This document shows, piece after piece, positions 28,862 to 39,600 of a stretch of DNA of 64,000 nt. Below the pieces are notes generated by a model. It was not told where the DNA came from and did no database searches. It saw only the letters and a program-made list of their open reading frames with translations. This stretch comes from Histomonas meleagridis 2922-C6/04-290x (taxonomy: Eukaryota > Protista > Parabasalia): positions 186,001 through 250,000 of the forward strand of contig JAANOX010000034.1 of assembly GCA_020184695.1 (NCBI GenBank), written 5' to 3'. Position 1 is the first letter of the stretch. The number at the start of each line of letters is the position of its first letter. The translations under genes were made by a program, and so were the position numbers.

Positions 28862-29506
28862 AATGAATTATTTAGTAAATATTCATCGTATTTAAAGCGG
28901 ATTTGATTGTAAGTGTTAATAAATATTTTGTGTCATGACTTGGAAATATTGGTGGAAATTCAATGTAAATCAAAATAGACTAATGCGAACTGAATGTTGT
29001 TAATTTCAAGAATGATTATGAAAGGTGATATGGACTTGCCATCGATATTCTAATGAGTTGTAGAAAATTAAGCTTGTGCAAGGAAGATTTGATTTTAATA
29101 CAAATACACAATATATCTCATATTTTGATATGAGATCTCATATTTTTCTTCTTTATTAATTTTTTTCTAATCCTTTCGATAAAAGAATTTCATCAATTTC
29201 AGTTTATAACATCTCAAGAGTTTGAATCTAATTTAAAGAATATAATTTAAAATATAATTTGTATACCTCCTTTAGTTTAAATAATATTAGAATTAATGAA
29301 GTGGCAAGTATTCTCTTTTTCAGTAAATGACATTTTTAATCATTATAATGATTGGTTCATTTTGCTTAGATAATTAGAATTCTGCTTTAAGTTTCGTATC
29401 AAAAATTTCATTCTTTCAATTGATTGTTTTATCACATTGTACAAGTGTTACTTTTTCAAAATCATACAAATGTTTATTAATTACTTCATTTGGAACATTT
29501 TTTTAC

Positions 29507-30043
29507 TCAGTTCATTTTCATGATTTGCTCATCGAGCCAATCTAATCCTTCGTAAATGCCATCTCCTGTTTGTGCAGACATTCCCTGAATTTTCCATGGA
29601 CGATCTTTAATCTCATCAAGTTGGAATACTCTTGCTATTTCATTTGGTAGCATTGCATTTGGAAAATCTTGTTTGTTCGCAAATATAAGCAAAACACTAT
29701 CATGTAATTCATCAATTTTTAAAAGTTTTAAAAGTTCGCTTTTTGCTTCCATAATTCTCGCAACATCAGCAGAATCTACAACAAAAATAATTCCTTGCGA
29801 ATATTGATAATAAGGCTTCCATAATTCTCGAATTCTATCTCCTCCTTCGTGATCGAAACAACATATATTGAATCCTTTGTATTTAATATTTTCAACATTA
29901 AATCCAATATGTGGTAATATTGGTATAATTTTTCCAAAATTAAGTTTGTATAATATTGTTGTTTTGCCCGCATTTTGAAGTCCAAGCAAAAGAATATTTG
30001 CTTCCTTGTTCGTGTTAAAAGTATTGCTAAAGGATGATCCCAT
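29507..30043 (-). CDS. ARF: ADP-ribosylation factor (Arf) family small GTPase with divergent switch motifs
   Basis: N-terminal [11 protein letters not shown], 'IGFNVE', 'IFVVDSAD', FANKQD and 'SAQTG'. Inr-like TCATT at 30051-30047. Confidence 0.9.
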   Translation of the reverse strand: MGSSFSNTFNTNKEANILLLGLQNAGKTTILYKLNFGKIIPILPHIGFNVENIKYKGFNICCFDHEGGDRIRELWKPYYQYSQGIIFVVDSADVARIMEAKSELLKLLKIDELHDSVLLIFANKQDFPNAMLPNEIARVFQLDEIKDRPWKIQGMSAQTGDGIYEGLDWLDEQIMKMN

Positions 30044-30641
30044 TCAAATGATGAAAAATGAAAACCTGAACTTCCATCTGACCAGATTCAATAAATAAAC
30101 TATTCAATTTTCGCATAAATCCAAGTATAATATAAAAATCACGATTTGGCCAATATCACAAGAACAAATCACTTCATATTGTTCATTACTTTCCCGTATT
30201 TTTTTGTTAATAGCATTGCTTCAGTTATGCCAATAGGCCCATCAATTAAATTGTAATTTATAAATGTAAAAAAGGCAAACGACCTTAAAGAATAAAATAT
30301 TATTCAACAAAATGTTTTTATATTTGGGTCTTATTTTCTGTTCCAAAGTCAACAAAACAAAAAGCCATGGTCAAATTCAAGAGGATCAAAACCGCCGCGG
30401 GGCATCCCATTTTGAGGTGCAAAATCTCAAAGTGGATAGAAGTAGATCTTGATATATTTATGACACTCACATATCATGCGGATTTACATTTGATTCAATT
30501 CGTCAAAAAGTGTTATGAGGCAAATCAATCTTCTTTCGTTTGATTTCAACTTGTAGTTGAAATTGAATAAACCATACAAAAAAAATCGACCGTTAATTTT
30601 ATGATTATTATCGTTTTGCTCTCAATTTGTCACTCCTGTGA

Positions 30642-32903
30642 CTAAATCCATTTATCAGCTTCATCATTCATCATATCAGTTAATTTTAAATCTAGACTTT
30701 GGTTTTCAAAGGCATGTTCATTTTCATGATTTGAATGACTTTTTTCTGTTGTATTTGCATAGATGTTTAAAGAACTTACATCACTTCTTTTTTGCTTTTC
30801 TTTTTTAACCAAGAAAAGAATCATTCCAATTATGATCAATACTAAAGCAAGTGATCCACTAATTATACCAATCAAAACTTTAGTAGATAATTTATCTGTT
30901 TTTTGCTCATTGATATAAACTAATGTGTAGAAACTGACATAATAATGTCTCATGAAAGAATATGAAATAATTTCATATTCGTAATAAATAATTTGTGTAT
31001 ATGAAAGTATTTCCAAATTTGTATTTTTCGAATGATAATATGTGAATGAATCTTTAAGTGAATGTGTGAGATACATCGTTTTAATTGTAATTGACTTTGT
31101 ATACGTTATGCTATAGAGAAGTGTATATGAATGTAATAAAGATACGCCAAATGGAAGTGATAAAGTAAATGTATTGGACTGAGTATATGTATTACTTTGT
31201 GAAAATGTATTTGATAAAGTAAATGTATTGGACTGAGTATATGTATTACTTTGTGAAAATGTATTTGATAAAGTAAATGTATTCGACTTAGAAAATGTTA
31301 ATGTCGATGGCTCTTTAGATAAGAATAAATGTGATGTATTACTTAATGTTCCAAAGTTATCCATTGATGCAACATGGACATAAAGATCGCCATCTTTGAT
31401 ATTTAATATAGTGTCACTTGCTGTTTTATTATAGTTGGCGTTATCTTCAGTAATATTTGTGTTTTCATTTTCATCAATAATGTAATAATATTCTTTGACA
31501 TATGTGGTGAGATTAAACTGAACTGGCAATGATTCACATGAAGTTCCATCTGTTGCATTGCTTTTGACTTTATAATTAATACTTTCGGTTGCATTATTGT
31601 TATCTGTACTGATTTTTATAGATCTTTCACCCTCAATTCGTGCAATCTTTGGAGGATTTAGTTTCTTTGGCTCTACTGAATTATCATATGAATATTGAAG
31701 CGGCGTTCGCTGATATAAATAGTAAATAGTGTTTGTAAGAAGCTTTCTCTCATATAATGTTGCACTAGCTAATGTATGTCCTGTCTGAATCATTGCGGTG
31801 TTTTTATATGTAGTTAAGTAAAAATGTGGATTTCCATATCTTACCTCTGAATATCCATCAAGTTTCCATGAATATGCTTCAGCTTCTGTAAAATTTCCAC
31901 CAGTTCCTGTAGTGTATTCTCCTAATTCAACCCAAACATCACCAAATGCTGCATTTGAATTTGTATGTGTTAGATTGATTGGCAAGACATCAGATGGAAT
32001 GTGGTATGGATAATTGGTAACTAAACCACGCTTTTTGACTTTAAATTCAGTAGAATAATGATTCCAATTTGAAGGAAGTGTACCTGGTGAACAATAACCA
32101 GAAACAATGCATGATTCTGTTCCAAGCTTGATTCCAAATTTATCTGCAATTGCTCCATAACCATTAAAGTTTCCATAAAAATATCCAACAGCATCATGAC
32201 CTAACAAAACGCCATAGCCAAGATCAATGTACTGTGAAACATGTTGAACTGTTTGGGTATACGGTTGTAAATCATATCCGCCATTCAAATCCATGAAGCC
32301 AATGACAATGATATCATAATTTTTCATACATTCTAAACTCATTGATTCAAATTCAGTATTTGAGATTGATGTAACATTTATAATTTCTTCTTCTGTATCG
32401 AAATTTGCTCCTAATCTTTCATAACTATAATTTACACCATTATGTATATAGTAACCACCTTCAATCCAAACCTTAAGAATAGCTGAAAGTGGAAGCGTAC
32501 TATTCTCTGTTGATTGTGTGCTATATATAAAATCAACTTTAGGACCAGTGTTTGGATATACATTTAGTACATTGATACTTTTTGTTGTACTAAAATCAAA
32601 TGTACTAAGTGGTCTCCAATTTGATCCATTTCTTTGATAACAAACTGAATATATTGAATCTTGAGGTGTTGATTGTTTTGTCCAATTCAGTAAAACATGA
32701 TTATTTTCATATTTAACTTGGAGATTAATTTCATTTGCTCTAATAAAATATGAAAATATTATAAATAATGCATTAAATTTGAGTTGATTTTTTTCAAATT
32801 CTTTAAAAAACATCTGACAAAATAACATATATTGCAACCATAGCTTATATGGAGTGTATAAAATTGAATAAATATAATTGGATGATATTTTCCTGCTAAA
32901 CAT
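30642..32903 (-). CDS. Predicted single-pass surface protein with a bacterial-like (DUF5057-like) extracellular domain and a Ser/Thr-rich 'SNTFTxS' stalk
   Basis: 753-aa ORF with a hydrophobic N-terminal segment (the true start may be downstream), motifs 'INVLNVYP', 'GVLLGHD' and 'HFYLTTYKNTAMIQTGH', a Ser/Thr repeat, TM segment 'VLIGIISGSLALVLIIIGMILFLV' and a short cytosolic tail. The family assignment is from recollection and has not been run through an HMM. Confidence 0.7.
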   Translation of the reverse strand: MFSRKISSNYIYSILYTPYKLWLQYMLFCQMFFKEFEKNQLKFNALFIIFSYFIRANEINLQVKYENNHVLLNWTKQSTPQDSIYSVCYQRNGSNWRPLSTFDFSTTKSINVLNVYPNTGPKVDFIYSTQSTENSTLPLSAILKVWIEGGYYIHNGVNYSYERLGANFDTEEEIINVTSISNTEFESMSLECMKNYDIIVIGFMDLNGGYDLQPYTQTVQHVSQYIDLGYGVLLGHDAVGYFYGNFNGYGAIADKFGIKLGTESCIVSGYCSPGTLPSNWNHYSTEFKVKKRGLVTNYPYHIPSDVLPINLTHTNSNAAFGDVWVELGEYTTGTGGNFTEAEAYSWKLDGYSEVRYGNPHFYLTTYKNTAMIQTGHTLASATLYERKLLTNTIYYLYQRTPLQYSYDNSVEPKKLNPPKIARIEGERSIKISTDNNNATESINYKVKSNATDGTSCESLPVQFNLTTYVKEYYYIIDENENTNITEDNANYNKTASDTILNIKDGDLYVHVASMDNFGTLSNTSHLFLSKEPSTLTFSKSNTFTLSNTFSQSNTYTQSNTFTLSNTFSQSNTYTQSNTFTLSLPFGVSLLHSYTLLYSITYTKSITIKTMYLTHSLKDSFTYYHSKNTNLEILSYTQIIYYEYEIISYSFMRHYYVSFYTLVYINEQKTDKLSTKVLIGIISGSLALVLIIIGMILFLVKKEKQKRSDVSSLNIYANTTEKSHSNHENEHAFENQSLDLKLTDMMNDEADKWI
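31159..31286. repeat. 54-nt coding tandem repeat (about 2.3 copies) encoding SNTFTLSNTFSQSNTYTQ
   Basis: Unit GATAAAGTAAATGTATT... starts at 31159, 31213 and 31267. Confidence 0.9.
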
Positions 32904-33503
32904 TATAGCCCAATCGATTTAAATGATTTTTAGCCTTTGTGAACCGTAATTCCTGCCCAAAATAAGATTGAATAGTTGTGAAAAAATTCTGAGATAAATT
33001 TGAGCAGTGAATTCAATATGACAATAATCACATCTCAATAAGTAACAATTTATTTTTACAATTTTATAACAAATATTCTTAACATTCAGAAAATCTGACA
33101 ATTACCGATGAATCATTATGGGAAATCAGTACAAAATGAAATTGAATATGCATCAGCTTATTTCGTGAGAAAGTAATCCACAACTTACGTAAGTGTGACC
33201 ACATATGTCAGCGTAAAAAAAAAAAAATTAAGCGGAAATTAATCAAAGTACCTAAATAAAATGATTATCTATTCACTTAATTGACAATAAATGTTATCAT
33301 AAGTATCTGAAGTTAATTTAAATTTTTCATAATGAATCAATAAACGTTGTTTTTTGAATTCAAAATTTATTTTTTTATAATTTTGATTGATGGTGTTAAA
33401 TAGTTGAAATCAAAGTTGATCCCATAACAAAATCTATTAAATTTTATCTCCATTTGATATACTAATGAGCTTTTCTGTCTGAACTTTACATGGCTTTACC
33501 ATT

Positions 33504-33505
<2 letters not shown>

Positions 33506-33559
<54 letters not shown>
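33506..33559. repeat. (TA)27 microsatellite
   Basis: Directly visible perfect dinucleotide run. Confidence 0.97.
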
Positions 33560-33564
<5 letters not shown>

Positions 33565-34061
33565 CGAATAATATAAAATACATACATAACACTTTTTATT
33601 GTGCTCTATTTATGTTATAGATTATCATTATAAATGAGAATGAAATTAATTTCTAAATATTTTTTTGGTAACAAGTTCTTATTTTTATTTATTATATGTT
33701 GCTTTTTTCTTCCACATGATTTGTATCCAAAAAACAAAAAAAAAAAAATAGTTAATTATTATATTCAAATGACATAATATCCGTCGATTTTTGTATTAAT
33801 AATAACTTTATTTTTAAATCAAATAGTATATGAGGATGGTATGCACTATGATATAAATAAATTTTTTACTATATAATTTTTTAATCAGAATTTCTTGTTG
33901 AAATACTACACTTAAATATATGTTTTTGAAAAAGTACATTAAAAAGAAATAAGACAAACAGAAATGAAAATACATTAAATAAAACGTATATTGGGAATAT
34001 ATTAATATAAATGAAAAATTCAAATTTATGTCTAAAACATTATTATATTTAACTCTTAGAT

Positions 34062-35350
34062 TTAGTTTTTATTATTATTTTTAGTTTCAATTATAATTAT
34101 ATCTTGACAATTTGATGGCGGTGGTTTTACACCAAGCTTATTAATAATAATTTGAACAACTTCAATATTATTCTTTCGAGAAGCAATAGTAAGTGCGGTA
34201 TTAAAACATTTGAATAAATTTTAAATAACATTTTGAAATTTTATATAATTAAAACATACTCTCTAATAAATGAATAAACATCTTCTTGTTTAATATTAAT
34301 TCCATTTTGATTAACTAGTAATTCAACTGTATTATAATGTCCATTTTTAGCTGCTTTCATTAAAGCAGTTTTAAATTATCACAATAAATTCCATATAAAA
34401 TTTAATAAATATCAAATTATGTAAATATATATCATATAAAATAAATAAATATCTTGAGCATTAATATCAAGTGAATCCTTTTTAACAATTTCCCTAACAA
34501 TATCAACATAACCATATTTAGAAGCTAACATAAGTGCTGTTTCAGAACAATCAAAAAAATTCCAAACATTAATAAAAAACATTAAATATATGAAATAAAT
34601 ATTTAAAAAATTATTGATACATCTTTAGCATTTACATATATTGAATGTGTACTACAAAGAGCTTTAACAATATCAGTAAATCCATAAGTTGAAGCTATCA
34701 TTAACGCAGTCGAAAATCATTTGAATAAATTCCAAATATGTTATTGAAATATCAAACTTTAAAGTGAAATACTGATATGATTTTATAAACATTTACATCA
34801 TTAATATTAATATCACCTTGGTCAATTAGTAATACAACAATGTCTTTATGGCCAAAGAATGAAGCTAACATCAATGCATTCCAAAATCAAAGAATTTGAT
34901 TCCATATATAATTTTGAAACTTTAAATTTGTTAAGTAAACGTTAAATTGATTAAAATAACATTTTTTATCGTAACATCTGTGTCTTGAAGTTGAATAAGT
35001 AGTTCAGCAAATTCTGTTTTTCCTTTTTCAGCAGCATTCATAAGAGCTGTATCAAAAGATTTGTGTGAATTCCAAATTGGAAAGTAAAATTCTGAAAATT
35101 TTAAAAAAACATTAAAAAAAATATTAAAACATCTTGAATATTAACATCAATACCTTTTTGTTCAAGAAGTGCTTTTCCAATGTCAGTATAACCTTCATGT
35201 GCTGCCCAAATAAGAGCTGTTTCGAAAAATTTTGAACATCTCCATTTTTAATTGTAAAATAACGTATTTTTTGTTTACATCAAATATTTCCTGCTGGGTT
35301 TGCCATTTAAGAAAATTGGTAAATTGTTGAACTGGATCAGTTGAAGACAT
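34062..35350 (-). CDS. Ankyrin-repeat protein (7 repeats) whose reading frame is restored by removing 26 short (17-nt, one 18-nt) AT-rich intervening elements
   Basis: ATG at 35350 with Inr-like TCATT at 35362-35358. Six 90-nt ankyrin blocks lie at 35220-35131, 35050-34961, 34880-34791, 34710-34621, 34540-34451 and 34369-34280. The final block 34199-34062 ends in TAA(A). Reconstructed loops: KY-NG-E (boundary ambiguous), QD-NRGD, KN-NKGW, VN-SDGS, KD-NNGE, QD-DDGK, ED-RKKN. No stop remains after removal. Confidence 0.8.
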
Positions 35351-35357
35351 TTTTAAC

Positions 35358-35362
35358 AATGA
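35358..35362 (-). promoter_or_regulatory. Inr-like TCATT upstream of the interrupted ankyrin gene
   Basis: TCATT-GTTAAAA-ATG matches the trichomonad Inr position and supports the locus being a transcribed gene. Confidence 0.55.
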
Positions 35363-36603
35363 AAAAAATGACAAATAACGGTATAGGTTTGGCATTTTTT
35401 GTTCTATGTAAATTTCCGAATTCTATGTCAGTTTTGTTATTGCAAAAAAATTATAAACTATTCAAAAAAGTGGAGTATCAAAAAGTGAGTAAACGTTTAT
35501 ATAGATCGACAATGTTCAATGCAATTAATAAAAACTATTCAAATGAATTGAATTAATTAACGATCGTTTTATTTGCTCATCTTGTGGGAGAATATTAAGC
35601 AAAAAAATTAAATGGATAGATTTCATTTAATACAACAGATCATATTCAATTAAAGGAATGAAAATATAGATGAACCAATAGAAATAATCAAAGAATTATT
35701 TGATTTTCCATGGAAATATATATTCTTCATGTTGCGTTGTTTGCCAATTAATATATACATTTTTAATCTCACAGAACAGTGATATTGATATTAATGTATG
35801 CCTTAACTTTATAATCAAAGAGTCAACAGGGAAATATTACATTATTGAAATGATTACACTAATGTCTTTACATATATTTATGAAAATAAATTTGAAGAAA
35901 TAAAAGATTTGGAATATTCCAACCGAAATTGTTATGGTACCATAACAACAATTTCACATTTGTTGGATTAATTGTATCTAAAGGAATAATATTAAATGAA
36001 TGCACTTTGTTGACAAATACATTCACTAAATCAAATACTTATACGAAATCGAATACAAAATCATATGAAATTTCACTTGTTGTTTAGAATTCATTTACAT
36101 TCGAATGGAATAACAATAACAAATACAATAACACAGTTTTTACCTACATTCCGCAAACAGTAAGTATAATTTGATTAATCAACAAATTTAATGTGCAATC
36201 ATTTGCTTAGTAATTAAATAAAGAATCGGTAAAATTTAATTTTTTTTATAAGTTTTTTATCCTTAAAAATACATAATGAATGGCATTTTTGTTATGTGGG
36301 AATTATATACAATATGTATGATTAGATTTTAATGTTAGGCTTAAATTCAGTTTGATAATCACAATAAGATAAAATGATTTTTGGAAAAAATGGAAATATT
36401 ATTTTATCAATACACAAATTATTATGACATATTTAAATTTATAGAAAGAGTTATAGCCTAGGCCATTAAATTGTGTTATTTCGCCTGTAGGGTAATGTCT
36501 TTAATTAATGAAGACTTAACATTTTTAAGTGATTTTTTGTGAAGAAATATTATGGGGTGCCCTAAATCGTTATTCCCAATAAACGTATTTCTAAAAGTTT
36601 TGG

Positions 36604-39600
36604 ATGAATGAAAAAGATCTTCTGGATAGAATTTATATAAAGAATAGACCTCAAACAGTTTCACATGGGTTAAGGCCAAAAAATCCCAGCCAAATATCAC
36701 CAACTTTAACAACAAGAAAAAATAAATCAAATCAAAACAATTTTAATGGGGTTTCAATTCCCATGTTATCAATCCCCAAAGATCCCAAACAATCTAATTT
36801 AACTTCAGCAGATCGACCAGGAATTTCAGTTCGAAGAGTTAAAACAAATAATCGATCAAATAATGAAAATAACACAACTATTTCAAGGCCACACACAGCA
36901 ATTCCTTCAAATCAACAAAGCCATCTTTTATCTCCTATCAGAAATTCACGTTTTCCAACTTTAGATGGTACAACAAATATAGACAGATCACAAAATTCTA
37001 CATCCAACAGTAATAGATTTAAGCCAGATCGTCCACAAACATCATTTAATAAGACAATACCAAAAGGTTCAGAATACATAGTTACACCAACGCAATCAGT
37101 TTTTCATTTAAAGAAGTCAAATCTATCAGCTCGAGCACCAGATTCATTAGAACAATTCAAAAACGACCCACTTTATTCCTCGATTATATCAGATGAATTA
37201 TGGAATGATCAAAAATATATTTTTTATTATATTCGATTAATACGACAAAAACGCCTTGAGCAAGAATTTCTTTATTTTGAAACTGAGCCATCAACTGATA
37301 AAGAACCGGAGAATGTATATCTTTTACATATAATTTCACCATCTGAAGTTAATTGGAACAAATATTACACATTAAGTTATGAAGGTATTACATCAAACAT
37401 TGAACGTAAATCAGAGTTTTGTCCATTACAACAATGGGTACGCGAATGTACATTATATATTCAAACGAAAGAAAACAAATTTTTCAAGCGATATCAACAA
37501 TGGCGTGCATTTTCATTAATATATCGAATAACGAAAAATCGAATGTTATTCAATTCTAAGTCTAAAATATCATTATCGTTATTTCATGTTGATGAAACAT
37601 TACGTAAAGCGATTTTAGTATTACAACGCTGTTGTGAAAGTTTACAAAAGCTTTCATTAGTTGATGTATTATCAAGTCAAACATTAACATTAAAACAATT
37701 CATCCAAAAACAATATGATCATGAAACGAAAGTCTCCAAGTTAATAAATGATTTAATAGAAGAAGCACGAATTGCAATTGTACAAGCGTGTGATTATTCA
37801 TATGAATTAACAGGTACAATGGATTCGATAAAACCTAAAAAAGAAAACAAAAAGAAAAATGAGAAGAAAGAAAAACGGAATATAAAATCACGATTTAATA
37901 ATGATAAGAAAAAGAAAATAATTATATCGAATGACATGATGGTTTATACTCAATTAGCAACGCAAAACTTTTGTATTAAAAGACTTGCTCGATTTATTAA
38001 ATTATGTGATTATAAATTAATACATTCATTACATACATTTACTGTAGAAAGTTGTAAACAATTAGTTGAGTTCTTAACACCACGAATAGATTCATCTGGT
38101 GGTGATATTACACGATTAAAAACAGAAGTTATTATTAATTCTAATAAATTAGGATTTTCACCATCAGTTAAAGAAATGGAAAATGAAATTATATTAATAT
38201 GGCAACATTTATTATCAAGTATTTATAGAATTCAAACGTTTTCGGAACATCAATCTTTAACACAATATTGTCCACAAAAGAAATCTAGAAAAGGTGATAA
38301 TTCATTAGTATCACTTGTAGAAATTATACAAAAAGATAATTTATATCAAAAGTTATCAAAAGATTTAATTAATAATATTGAAACAGCTTATAAATTAGCG
38401 GATGAAAAACTTTTATTATATCAACCACATTTTGAAAATTATTTAATAAATATTAAATTTAATGTACATGAAATTCAAGAACAAAATCCTAATGCCGAAT
38501 TTTATAATAATGCAATTCATCAATATCAACAAGAAATACAAAACATTGATTCATTACAAACATCTATACAAGTTCATATGTTATTAATTCAATTATCGAA
38601 GTTTTGTGATCGAATTAAACCAACACCACGTAAATGTCTTGAACAATTATATTCTATTATACCATTAATAGCCGAAAATAAAGTTAATGCATTAACACAA
38701 CAATTAAATGATGCATTAACTATACTTCATACTGAACCTAATGATGTACATTCATTTGTATCAACATTAGAATTTAGACGAAAACTTACAAAAGATTTCG
38801 ATCAAATTCGTAAAGATTATGCTGAAACTTCTGCTTTTTATACATTAATAAGTGATAATAAAATTACTACTTCAGAAGATTCAATAGTTTCATTTCGTGC
38901 TTTAGCTCCATTAATTGGTAATTTAGAAGCTTTAATAATATCGACTAAAGAAGATGAAGAAAATAAAATACAAAAATGGAAACCAAGTTTACAAAACTTA
39001 TTAGTAAATGTACGAAAAGAATTACTTGATATCCATTATAAAACTAATGATGCTAAAGTACTTGATAAAGATAGTAATCCTGATGAAGTTATTAAATATT
39101 TAATTAATTGTCAAAATGAAGTTAATGAATTAAGTAAAAGATGTGAACAAATTCAAAGTTATCAAAAATCATTACAATTAAAAGTTTCTCCAATTGATGA
39201 GCTAACTGAAACATCAGTTGACTTAGATAATAAACTTTTATTATGGAAATCACATAAAGAATGGAAAGAATTAATTACAAAATGGAATCCTACACCATTT
39301 AAATCGATTAAAATTGAAGAATTTAATGACGGAATTCAAAAGTTTACTCGTATCGCTTCACAATTATCAACTTCTTTACCAGAACATCCTTTAGTACCAA
39401 TATTTAAATCATCAGTATTTAAATATACTGAAATATTACCAGTGATTATCGCATTATCTAATCCATGTTTAACATCTATACATTGGAATAAAATCGAACG
39501 TATTACAGGTGTAACAAAACTTCAAGAAACTAATTATCCATTAATTTATTTAATCGATAAACAATTTTCTTCATATTCCGAAGCAATTGAATCCATATCA

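Noticed and set aside
35051-35130. 9-nt micro-exon model (for example ATA TTT GGA = IFG) flanked by about 51-nt and 17-nt introns
   Set aside because: It is superseded by the 4 x (17+3) parse. That parse gives better ankyrin loops (NRG, NKG, SDG, NNG), repeated RT...TT boundaries at every 20-nt step, and explains the 60-nt and 100-nt spacers.
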